Assembly (NCBI GenBank): GCA_964016885.1
Contig: OZ024743.1
Coordinates: 94,116,001 to 94,180,000, forward strand
Source: Eledone cirrhosa
Taxonomy: Eukaryota
Direction: 5' to 3'
DNA length: 64,000 nt
Part shown: positions 53,586 to 64,000 of the stretch, one piece after another
Layout of the letters: the number at the start of each line of letters is the position of its first letter
How positions within the stretch are numbered: the first letter of the stretch is position 1
The notes under the pieces: model-generated
What the model was told of the DNA's origin: nothing
Seen by the model: only the letters and a program-made list of their open reading frames with translations
Databases searched by the model: none
Made by a program: the position numbers and the translations under genes

Positions 53586-56500
53586 TTTCTTTATTGGCCA
53601 CAAGGGCTTACATCAAGAAAAACATTACAGACGGCACAGGACGGTACAGCACGGTACGATGTGGGTTTTGTGCGTGTAAATATTTTTATTATTTATATAA
53701 GAAAAGAAAAAAAAGGACATAGAAACATATATATATAAACAATAAAAATGAAAATTGAAACAATGAAAAATTCCCCAATAGGGGGGAAACCTCCGAGGGT
53801 TACTCGTGGCGAAAACCACACAAAAGACCACGGCCACCCTGACCACCAGGGCAAGCGCCCTCTCTCAATTTTTCCATTTCTCAAACTACAGACGTATATT
53901 AAGAGCTGTCCCGTTCACTCGAACCATTCTCGCTACATTCACCCACCTTTCAACAAACTTGCTAGAGGGCAGCACTTGCCTCTCCACCCTGATTTTCCTC
54001 TTCAAGTGAAACTTGAAAAAGTTAATTAGGGATTCGCCGAAGAGGAAAGTGTCTGTCTTTAACCCTTTTAACCTTGTCCACCACACAATCTCTTTCGCCA
54101 TGGCCACCAGGCAGATGAAAACCACCTGCCCTTCCTCCTCGAAGGAAGACGGCGAGACCATCTGCACAATGGACTCAGTCGATAACCTGATCAGTCCTAC
54201 ACGCGACATCAACTGTTCGACATAGCTCCACAAGTCAGCAATGCTCGGGCACTGAACGAGTGCGTGCACGACGGTTTCGTCGCTCTGCGCGCATCTCGGA
54301 CAGGCTCGGCTGACGGCACTTCCGTGCCTGTAGAGCTTATCTCGAACCGGCAGCGCTCCCCGGTAGCACTGCCAAGCCAGGGATTTTTGGAAGTTATCCA
54401 TAGGCCCTGGGCTGAAAGTTCTCCGGAAGAGAGCAAACAGCTGATCTTCTTCAACGCCCAGGATCTCTCCGAGAATGTCGTCGCTCTTCCCCTCCACTAG
54501 TCCTCTATAGAACGTCGAGGGGGATGTTCCACCGATACTGGTGCCCAGCTGGCAGAGGGCAGTGAGCGCCTGGAGACATTCCAGTTTCCAAGCGCTATCC
54601 CTCAGTCTTTTTCTGACCCAGGACTGCAGCTTCGCCAAGGAGACGAGCTGTGGGAAATCGTGCCTGGCGAACGGTGACCACACCTGTTCACCGTCAAGGA
54701 AGCACCAGAGATGTCGCAGGCTCAGCGCATGTTTGCGCATCATCAGCCATGGCATGCCCAGTCCTCCACGCAACGGGTGTTAACAGCAGATGGATCGTCT
54801 GACCATGGGAGCGCGTCCCTTCCACAAAAAGCGGAAGAGGAGGCGCTCCATTTTGGTGAGAGTTGGGCAAGAGCAAGGGACGACGGTGAGGCGGTAGCAG
54901 ATGACGGATGCGATGTACGCATTCGCCACCTCCACCCGGCCTTTCAGGGACAGCTTCCTCTCGGCCCATTTCTGGATGAGGGAGGCCACCCTGCTCGTCA
55001 CCTCGTTCCAGTTTTTCTCCATCTGGAGGCCCGGTCCGAACCAGACCCCGAGCAATTTAACCGGTCCGCCCGTCCAACGCCCCACGACGCTGTCGGACGG
55101 CATAGACTTGCATCTCCAGGTGCGGAGCTGCAAGCCCACCGACTTTTCCTGGTTTATCTTTGCTCCTGTCACCGCTTCGTATTCCTTGAGAGCGGTGTCG
55201 AGCATCTGGACGTGTCTGGTGCTCGACACCACAACGGTGACGTCGTCGGCGTAAGCCGACTCGAATTTCCCGCATCCTATTTCGCGTGGGACGCCCCTCA
55301 TCGCGCCCAGTTTGTGCAGTAACGGCTCAAGAGCCAATACGTACAAGAAGGACGAGAGGGGACAACCCTGGCGGACTGAGCGCATGATGCTGAACGGCTG
55401 CGACAGGTGACCGTTCACCCTCACAACTGAGCAGATGTCGCTGTTCATTGCTGCGATCCAACCCCTGAAAACGGGCCCGAAACCGGTTGCCTCGAGGACC
55501 GCCGCCAGGTACCGATGGTCGACCCTATCGAATGCTTTGGATCGATCCAAGTCGATCAGGGTCCCACTCGTGCCAGGTTCCTTAACCGCCCTCTCTATGA
55601 TGTATCGCATGAGGTGGAGGTTATCGTGTATGGATCTGTCCGGAATGGCGCATGTCTGCGCCTCTCCCACCAGACCCTTGACGACAAGCGCCAACCTCGT
55701 TGCTAACACCTTGGCCAAAATCTTGAACTCTGCGTTTAGCAGGGTTATGGGTCTGAAATTATCGATAACATCCCTCTTGTTCGGGTCTTTTCTCAGCAGC
55801 GCCACTGCTCCCCGGCTCACAAAATTGGGAATGCTCCCGTTCTGCTGCCAGTTGCAGTAGACGTCTGCCAAGAGGTCACCGAACAAGGCTGGCATAAATG
55901 CATAAAGCTCGTAGGGCAGACCATCCAAACCTGGTGATTTACCCCTTGTGCAGTTAGCCACCGCTTCCCGTATTTCACCGGCTGTTATTGGCTTTTCGCA
56001 ACACTGCTGCGGTCGTCGAGAGCCGAGGCAGTCCGTCAAGGTATGCACTGAAGACCATGCCCTGATCCGGGCCGCCCCTGCCCCCGAACAGTTCAGCAAG
56101 GTGCTGCTGAAAAGCTTCACACATCCGCTCGGGTTCGAGCATCACGCACCCGTTTTGGTCAGACAAAGACCGAATTGTGGCTTTGTTGCCACGTCGCGCC
56201 TCTGCCACCCGGGCCTATTGGACGGCTTTTGTCCCCTCGTGTTTCAGAGCACGCGCTCTAGCTCTGACAACGCAGCCTTCGTGTTTTGCGTTGAAGAATT
56301 GGTCGAGTGCCAATCTCGCCGCAAGCACGTCGGTTGCGATGCTGTCCTAAACGCCTCTTCTAGCTTTCTGACTAGCTCTCCCTCTACTCTATTTTCCTCT
56401 ATCACTACTCCTTTGCTAAACCTAATCGACTCTACTTTAATTGCCCTTTTCAGGGCGAACCACCACCTGTTGTTGACGACCGCTCCCGTCAACGCCCGCT

Positions 56501-57960
56501 TAACTAATACGCTAATCCGGTCTCTGTAGGCTTTGCGCGCCGGGAAAGACGCGTTCAGCTTCCAGTAACCAGGCCCTTGTCTATGAAGTCTGTCTATGTC
56601 GATCTCACAGATCACAAATTTGTGGTCTGTGTAGTCGACTATTTTAAATTGTGGACAACTTATACTAGCCTTATCTAGTTCTCTGCAGAATACCCTATCT
56701 AGATACGATCTAGATGACCCGATGCGGTTTGTCCATGTCCACATTGGCACATTCGGGTGATCCAGTCGATACCTGTCAGACAGTTCAAAACGTCTGAGCA
56801 GGTTGGTGAGGCTCTTGCACCCTCCTCCCCTATCCATTAGCCCCACACAATCCCAGCGTGCATCCAAGATACCGTTCCAGTCGCCCACTAACACTAAAGA
56901 GCGGGACGCTCCAAGAAAGGTCTCTAGACGTCGGAAGAAATCTGGCCGTCCTGCCCCTGTTGGGGAGTAGACGGCTACTAGCCTGAAAGTATTGCCTTCG
57001 CTGCCGGTCACGTCCAGCACCACCGACTTACCTTCTGGGTCTAGGAAGATGGCCCGTATGGCGAGATCCAAGCCTCTCCGAAAAAGGACGCCCCCCCCCC
57101 CCCCGATCCTGGACGGCTGGGAGATGCGTATACATCGTAGCCGCCGAAGATCGGTGCGAAGGCTTGTGCTTCGGAGATTCTGGTCTCACTGATGGCCACC
57201 ACATCTATGTTTAGTGACCTGAGGTCGTTGAGCAGGTGACCCTGCTTCCAAGATTACCCCAGGCCACGTGCATTTATACTGTCTATTCTGAGTACGGCCA
57301 TGTTAGATGAGAAACGGGGTAAGTGAGAAAGGGTCACTTACCTTGATCGTGTGGTGAAGGGACAGTAGAACCGTCCCCTTCGCTGGTCATGGGTGTTTCC
57401 AAGAGGATGTCAGTGTATATCCTCTTGGTAACCGTACCTCTGAAGTCTCCAACTGCGTTAGTGAATTTTTGTTTTAAAGGTTTGTACTGTTCTATTGAGA
57501 TTTCAATGATGCTTATGTTTGTCAGGAGAGGTCTTGGTGTTGGTGGGGTGTAGTAGTTTTTTTCTGTGATATCTGTGTGCTGCTTTATATATTGTATGAA
57601 TTCTTTTTTTGCCATGTTTATGGATGTGTACTTTTTTGGGGGGATGGGTGATTTTGTTGCTGTTTTCTTCTTGTTGCTGTTTGGTGTGTGTGTCTTGTTG
57701 TGTTTGCGTTGTTGGTATTTTTGGTGATGCTGGTGGTGGTGTGGTTGTTGTTGTCAGTGGTGCTTGTGGTAGTCATGGTGGTGGTGTTGCTGCAAGTTTC
57801 CTTGCTGCCTTTACCCCTCTTTGTATGCCTTCGCTTTTGGAGGGTGAATCTAAGAGGTTTTTAATTAATGCAATCGTGCAATGCCTGTGCGTGACGAATA
57901 TTTTTAAAGTGAGGAAAGACCGTGCACTGAGCGAATCCAACTCTCTGAGCGACAGTAGCT
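53584..57960 (-). mobile_element. Tx1/L1-clade LINE, near full length; ORF2 57301-53886 with stops and frameshifts, ORF1 remnant ~57334-57900
   Basis: SINARGL, LVAVYSP, VGDWN, SYLDRV, TDHKFV, GPGYWKLN (APE); KSPGLDGL, FRPITLLN, KAFDRVDH, VRQGCPLS, YADD (RT); GGLG and CPRC..ETVVHALVQC (zf-RVT); AATAAA plus (ATT)n tail. 5' limit approximate. Confidence 0.9.
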
Positions 57961-58282
57961 ATAACCCGAAAAGAAGAAAATATCAACATCATCGGTAACT
58001 ACTGAGCCGCAGGTTTTATGTTGGAGTTAATTCAGTTTCCTGAGATGCCTTCTCCTAGAAGAATGCCCTGACAAGGGCTAGGGGTTATTCACTCCCAGTG
58101 GTTTAACTGCGCGATCGGGCATCCAGCCCGATTATTTCTATGTCCCCGCGCAAAAAAATCAAAAAAAAAATCACTTTTTGACACTTATAAGTACGACATT
58201 CACACACGCGCACACACACGCATACATACGCGCGCACACAGCAACACACATGCATACAAACAAACACACACACGCTACTCAC

Positions 58283-58350
<68 letters not shown>

Positions 58351-58352
<2 letters not shown>

Positions 58353-61300
58353 CCGTCATTACTGATACAAGATTACAAGATTATAAGTTTTAAATCCAAC
58401 ATTTAAATCCAACATTTAAATCCAACATTTAAAGACAACAAACAGGATAAATTTGGATTTAAAACTTATAATAACCCTCCGTGGAACTCAACATTGCTAC
58501 CCTTCGAAAATGATGTCTTGGAACTCATTCGGAATATCAAATTTCGGAATAGGAGCAATTCCTTCCAGCAAGACCTGAAGAATAGAATTCGTTCTATTAA
58601 GGATTCTAACGCCGTGCACGTCCATTCCGACAAAACTGGCAACCTATATCAAGTGGAGCGCAGTACTTACCATCAACTACTACATAATGCTGTAACTAAG
58701 GATTACCGTAAAACTAATCGGTGCGTCATCAATGAAATCAACGATTCTGGGTTTAAAATCACATCTGATCTCAACATCCTGGACCGGACCGAACCTCTGG
58801 ACCCTATCTCTCCCCACTTTACCCTGAAGGATCACAAATCCAATTTTCCGAACAACCCCTCTATTCGGCTTATTAACCCTATGAAGTCCGATTTAGGTAG
58901 ACTTAGTAAAACGATTCTTGATAGAATTATACCTGAAATTAGAAGTTTGGCCCCTCTCGCACTGTGGAACAATTCTTTCGCGGTGATTGATTGGTTCAAC
59001 GGCATATGTAACAAGGAACATTGCCGTTTTATCCAATTCGACATCAACAATTACTACTCCTCCATCACTTTACCACTTCTCCTTAGAGCTATCAATTTCG
59101 CTAAAACACTCACAGTGGTTAAGGATTTTGAAGTTGATGTCATCCTTAATGCCCGAAAGTCGGTGATTAATTTCGACGACTCTATTTGGATTAAAAAATC
59201 CAATAGTACCCCATTCGACGTGAGTATGGGCGCCAGTGACTCTGCGGAGGTTACTGATCTTATTGGCCTTTTCCTTCTTTTCTCTATCAAGGACGAATTC
59301 CCCAACGCGGGCGGTGGTTTGTACCGTGACGATGGTCTTTTGACCATGACTAAGTGCGGACCTCGTGCTTGCGACAGGTTCAGAAAAGAACTCACAGCCT
59401 TCTTTAAAGGCTTCAACCTCTCTATACAGGTTGAGGCCAATCTCTCGGTCGTTAATTACCTCGACGTTACCCTCAATTTATTGAATGGGTTGTATTACCC
59501 GTATAGAAAGCCGAATGATACGCTTAATTACATAAGTAAGCATTCCAACCATCCTGCCAGCATAACCAATAACCTGGTAAGAAACGTTTCGTTGAGGCTT
59601 TCCCGTCTTTCCACCAACGAGCGCATTTTCAACGACCATTCCACTTATTACAATGAAGCTCTTGCTCGAAGTGGATTTGTCGATAAGGTAGCATATACAG
59701 AGTACGAATATAGACCTAGAAGAAATAGATCCCGTCGCATTTGTTGGTTTAACCCACCATATAATATGGAGGTGGCCACACCATTAGCTAAGATCTTTCT
59801 TTCCCTTATTACGAAGCATTTTCCCCCTACACATAAATATAGTAACATTTTTAATAGAAATACTATTAAAATTTCTTACTCTACGACTCCTAACCTTGCA
59901 CATAACATCACAGCTTCAAATTTAGCTAAACTACCTAGCCGTAGGAACACGTGCAACCCTGTAGTTAGTACTAACTGTAATTGTAGGAATCAGGCTGATT
60001 GCCCCCTATCCGGGAAATGCCTCTCTAGTAACATTGTCTACAAATGTAAGGTTGTAACACCCACGTCCCGTAGGGCCTACATAGGGTTAACAGCCAATAG
60101 TTTCAAGCAGCGTCTTTACATGCATACCCATTCTTTTCGTTACCCCCTAAGAAGGAATATGACGTCACTTTCAGCTTATATCTGGAGTCTAAAAGACAAC
60201 AACACCCAATATAAGTTACACTGGGAGATCCTAGCTAGGGCTAGATCGTATAACGGAAATAAAAGACCATGTGACCTCTGCGCCGCTGAGGCCCTGGAAA
60301 TTCTCTACGCTACAGACCACATCTTAAACAAAAAATCTGAGGCAATTTCGGCTTGTAAACATAAATTGCACAAAACTTTCCTGTATTACAGCCCCACGTT
60401 ATACCCTAACGGATAGCACGATCTATACGTGGATATTTTACGTCTTGATGTGGGAGCTAAGTATATGTTTTGTTTATTCCTTTACTTATTTGCATAGGTA
60501 AGTATGTATTACCCGTATGTTTTGTGAAGGTATGTATACCTTCTCGTACGTATATTTGACTGTTATAGCGTATAATTTTTACATATTCTGGTATTTAGGG
60601 TTTGGCTATGCGTATACGGGAGTTTTGCGTCCGCGCGAGTGTGCATGTTCGTACGTATGGTGGGTGTGTGTATATGTGTACTTGTTTTAGTTGACTTACG
60701 TCTCCGAACATTCGTGTATTTATATGTAGGTATGCGTGTGCGTTTGTTATATACGTATTTATTTACTTATATACGTTTATATAATTATTTATTATTTGTA
60801 CACAAGCATACACACACACACATATTTATATGTGCGTGGTTTTGTATACCCATGGTAAGGTTTTGCGTATGCTTGTGTATGTACGTATCTGTTTGCGTGT
60901 ATGTATTTATTTGTTTCTATTACTTCTGTATTGTATTTATTTACTTTGTTCTTAACTCTGTAGCGGAGATTCATTTGGTCTCCTAGTTAGAATTTAGTCT
61001 ACGATTTCTGCTATACCATTTACGTGGTTTTGTCTTTGCGTGCTATTGTTCTCCACGCTCCACATATGACTTATTATCTTTGTTTTTTCGTTCATTGCCA
61101 GAGAACGTCTCTATGCACCACCTAAGAGAACATTAGTCTACGACCTCTTTTATACCATAAACGTGGTTTTGTCTTTGCGCGTAATTGTTTTTCACCGCTC
61201 CTATTAATGACGTATTATTCGTTTTTTCCCGTTCTTTGCCAGCGAACGTTACCACGAACCAAAGTATCGTCTTCCTGTCTTCCTCCGGTTGCAACGTTTT

Positions 61301-61496
61301 TTGAAATATCCAGTTCTGCGTTTACAGATTGACTTTGTTAGTTTCAGAAGATCCCGTTAAGGGTGAAAGCAGCGATTCTTTGCTTAAACTTTAATCTGTT
61401 ATTTTAATAAATATTTGCTCTACGGTTCTTATATATTTGATATATATTTTCCTTATCGAGCCCTCTTTGGATTTTAGTCTTCAATTTTATTATTAT

Positions 61497-61499
<3 letters not shown>
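58351..61499 (+). mobile_element. Penelope-like element (probably Hydra clade), slightly 5'-truncated, inserted in (TA)n
   Basis: Bounded by (TA)n on both sides; 5' inverted segment; single long ORF; ~1.1-kb 3' region whose terminus recurs at 43950-44088. Confidence 0.88.
58494..60416 (+). CDS. PLE reverse transcriptase + C-terminal GIY-YIG endonuclease (640 aa uninterrupted; no ATG start, frame extends upstream to ~58428)
   Basis: SDKTGN, IRLINP, FIQFDI..YY, MGASDS, GLYRDDGL, VNYLDVTL, YRKPN, SNHP, WFNPPY, CNCRNQADCPLSGKC linker, IVYKC..YIGLT..FKQR, CDLC..E. Confidence 0.92.
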   Translation: MLPFENDVLELIRNIKFRNRSNSFQQDLKNRIRSIKDSNAVHVHSDKTGNLYQVERSTYHQLLHNAVTKDYRKTNRCVINEINDSGFKITSDLNILDRTEPLDPISPHFTLKDHKSNFPNNPSIRLINPMKSDLGRLSKTILDRIIPEIRSLAPLALWNNSFAVIDWFNGICNKEHCRFIQFDINNYYSSITLPLLLRAINFAKTLTVVKDFEVDVILNARKSVINFDDSIWIKKSNSTPFDVSMGASDSAEVTDLIGLFLLFSIKDEFPNAGGGLYRDDGLLTMTKCGPRACDRFRKELTAFFKGFNLSIQVEANLSVVNYLDVTLNLLNGLYYPYRKPNDTLNYISKHSNHPASITNNLVRNVSLRLSRLSTNERIFNDHSTYYNEALARSGFVDKVAYTEYEYRPRRNRSRRICWFNPPYNMEVATPLAKIFLSLITKHFPPTHKYSNIFNRNTIKISYSTTPNLAHNITASNLAKLPSRRNTCNPVVSTNCNCRNQADCPLSGKCLSSNIVYKCKVVTPTSRRAYIGLTANSFKQRLYMHTHSFRYPLRRNMTSLSAYIWSLKDNNTQYKLHWEILARARSYNGNKRPCDLCAAEALEILYATDHILNKKSEAISACKHKLHKTFLYYSPTLYPNG

Positions 61500-61535
<36 letters not shown>

Positions 61536-61902
61536 CGAAACATAAGTCAATTGCATGAACTCATAATCCTTTATTTACTGCTATATATATTTCGATGATA
61601 TATATATATTGAATTTATAAGAGCCCGCTTGTGTATAAAACCATGGATATATACAAGTTTCTACATAACCTGGAAATTATTTATCCCAAATTGTAGAAAT
61701 CTTATAACGAAACGGCCGTCTGGAAGAAATGAGATATTTATTTAATAATGTCTCATATAAAATAATACAACCAGCTATCCACGAAATACTGATTAGTTAG
61801 CACCCCAAACACTAAATTGGGAGAATACTTAGGTATATCCTAATGTTTGTTGAGTGAGATGGAGTTGCTCGGATTATCGCTTAAGGCTTTCTCTGTTTAT
61901 GT

Positions 61903-61999
<97 letters not shown>

Positions 62000-62109
62000 T
62001 ATATATTTATGTATATATATAATATATATATATATAAATATATATATATGTATGTATATATATAATATATATATATAAATATGTATGTATATATATATAT
62101 CTCTATATA

Positions 62110-62168
<59 letters not shown>

Positions 62169-62173
<5 letters not shown>

Positions 62174-62627
62174 ACTAAAGTAAGAAGCGCGGCACTGCGT
62201 ACGGTTTATAATTTTTTATCCCATGAGTAAAATAAGTTGGATTACTTTGAATGAATGAATATTACATAATTTATCTATTAAATTTCGTGGCTGTTCATTA
62301 AATATATTTTATTATTTATTTAAAGATTCACTTCTTTAAAATCTTCAAATGTCAACACTTCCGGTGGCGATCGCTTAAATAAACATATTAATTTTCTGTC
62401 ACTAATTTTCTCCTAATGCAGTTTATATATAATATTGTTTTTTTTTCAAATGTATAATGGATTGCGTTACTGATTACATAAACGAGTGTAACAACGTCTT
62501 CGTTCAATTTCTGTGTATATTGTCAATTACGATTTTATTCCATGTATCATATCTACATGTAATAATATCAATATACACACTACAATATGGTAGCAGAAAA
62601 ACACTCGAAGGCTGGTTTTTCTGCTAG
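62169..62627 (+). mobile_element. Candidate short Helitron-like element in (TA)n
   Basis: 3' end TAGCAGAAAAA...TTTTTCTGCTAG|T (11-bp stem ending in CTAG before T); the 5' TC terminus is not clearly resolvable in the TA/TC tract. Confidence 0.45.
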
Positions 62628-62704
62628 TATATATAATGAAGGAGGTGTGGTAAGGAACCAGATCGACTATAACGCACCAGAGTACTCAATACTTAGGGTC
62701 GTAA

Positions 62705-62793
62705 TAGGAAAGAGTTTAACCCCGCCGGCTATTTCTGGACAGAAATAGCCGTCGAAACGGCTTGAGCTCTGCCGTCGGGGTTAAACTCATTCC

Positions 62794-62795
<2 letters not shown>
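62705..62795. repeat. Multi-stem fold-back containing the 3' half of a hammerhead
   Basis: Outer stem TAGGAAAGAGTTTAACCCCG/CGGGGTTAAACTCATTCCTA; inner stem CGGCTATTTCTG/CAGAAATAGCCG followed by TCGAAAC. Confidence 0.8.
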
Positions 62796-62861
<66 letters not shown>

Positions 62862-62972
62862 AAAGAGTTTAACCTATGTTGTAGCTCTGGTTCATCTGAA
62901 TCATCGAGCGCTTGCCACACATCTCGGAAATTGTTTTTCGTTAATTCCTAAGCCGAAATACGATTCTCGCTA

Positions 62973-62974
<2 letters not shown>

Positions 62975-63030
<56 letters not shown>

Positions 63031-63160
63031 GTATATAATATATACATGTATATATATATATACATGTATATATATATATACATGTATATAATATATACAT
63101 GTATATAATATATACATGTATATATATATATACACATGTATATATATATATATATACACG

Positions 63161-63195
<35 letters not shown>

Positions 63196-63294
63196 ATATA
63201 TATATATGTATAAATGAAAAAAATATATATATATACACTCATATATACATATATATATACACACACATATATATATACATGTATATATATATAT

Positions 63295-63338
<44 letters not shown>

Positions 63339-63384
63339 GAAAAAAAAAATATATATATACACATATATACATATATATAGATAT

Positions 63385-63432
<48 letters not shown>

Positions 63433-63484
63433 GAAAATATATATATATATACATGTGTATATATATATATATATATAGACACAC

Positions 63485-63533
<49 letters not shown>

Positions 63534-63577
63534 TGTGTATATATATATATATACACACACACACACATATATACACA
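62975..63577. repeat. Compound (TA)n/ACATGT microsatellite directly upstream of HSD17B4 exon 1
   Basis: Direct observation; source of the YI-repeat ORFs. Confidence 0.97.
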
Positions 63578-63707
63578 CTATTGTTATAGCAGGAGTTCAA
63601 AGTCCAGGTTTCCTTCGTTGATCACGTCAACAACTTCTGTAAACTAACCAAGTAGGAGGAGATAACTCTCGCTGCTTAAGAAGCACCATAATTTTTTACA
63701 ACAAACC

Positions 63708-63765
63708 ATGGATTCATCATTGCGTTTTGATGGCCAAGTGGTTCTTGTCACCGGTGCTGGAAATG
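63708..63765 (+). CDS. HSD17B4: Peroxisomal multifunctional enzyme type 2 (17-beta-HSD4) homolog, first coding exon: MDSSLRFDGQVVLVTGAGN(G)
   Basis: Kozak ACCATGG. LRFDG.VVLVTGAG.G is the N-terminal SDR NAD-binding motif characteristic of HSD17B4/MFE-2. Phase-1 donor G|GTAAGA; the gene continues beyond the window. Confidence 0.88.
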
Positions 63766-64000
63766 GTAAGATTATTTATTCTTTTCCCGTCTCTATTGAA
63801 TATCTATCGAGTTCAATTATTGTTTCGTTATCATCCAGGCCAAAGAGTGAATTTGTGACTCAGGACAAGTTAACTCTCTACTAGTTGATAGCATACGACT
63901 AAACGGAAGAAAAACATTCTTTTCCCCACTGAAATACAGTGGGGTGTACTTCCATGAATTTACCCAATAATTTTCTGACACATTATTTAAGGTATATATA

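Noticed and set aside
54013-56529. Long plus-strand ORFs antisense to Tx1 ORF2 (and similar ones antisense to the CRE and PLE ORFs)
   Set aside because: Shadow ORFs of GC-rich coding sequence; no motifs.
58067-58135. Possible hammerhead (CTGACAA-GGGCT...AGCCC-GATT)
   Set aside because: Both G8 and the GAAA box are non-canonical and no stem I or III is evident.
58494-60416. Selenoprotein-type PLE (as reported for some Naiads)
   Set aside because: No in-frame TGA, and the endonuclease is C-terminal rather than N-terminal.
62941-63647. YI/HT/CV-repeat ORFs here and at 21.9-22.3, 43.5-44.7, 46.4-46.8 and 50.0-50.6 kb
   Set aside because: Dinucleotide microsatellite translations.

Overview
Eukaryotic, AT-rich, repeat-dense DNA. 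The SINE families and abundant (TA)n/(CA)n tracts suggest a coleoid cephalopod such as Octopus (inference). 1-15.1 kb is a 38-bp satellite array, open at the left edge, with a 3,329-bp higher-order duplication and an E-box (GTCACATGAC) in most units. 16.9-18.2 kb is an 84-bp minisatellite, and 18-28 kb holds SINE, RTE and mariner debris. A complete six-exon PRKRIP1-like gene (156 aa, all GT-AG junctions in phase) lies on the minus strand at 28966-36137, and the first coding exon of an HSD17B4-like gene starts on the plus strand at 63708. The ~27.5 kb between the two divergent genes is almost entirely mobile DNA: nested Gypsy-type LTR elements with TSDs, a CRE-type RLE retrotransposon, Helitron-like elements, Penelope-like elements (one with an uninterrupted 640-aa RT/GIY-YIG frame), an RTE LINE and a Tx1/L1 LINE. 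The most striking unannotated signal is about ten type I hammerhead-ribozyme motifs of several sequence families, plus fold-back junctions, embedded in (TA)n tracts between 43.7 and 62.8 kb. Most short ORFs in the track are artefacts of satellites and microsatellites.
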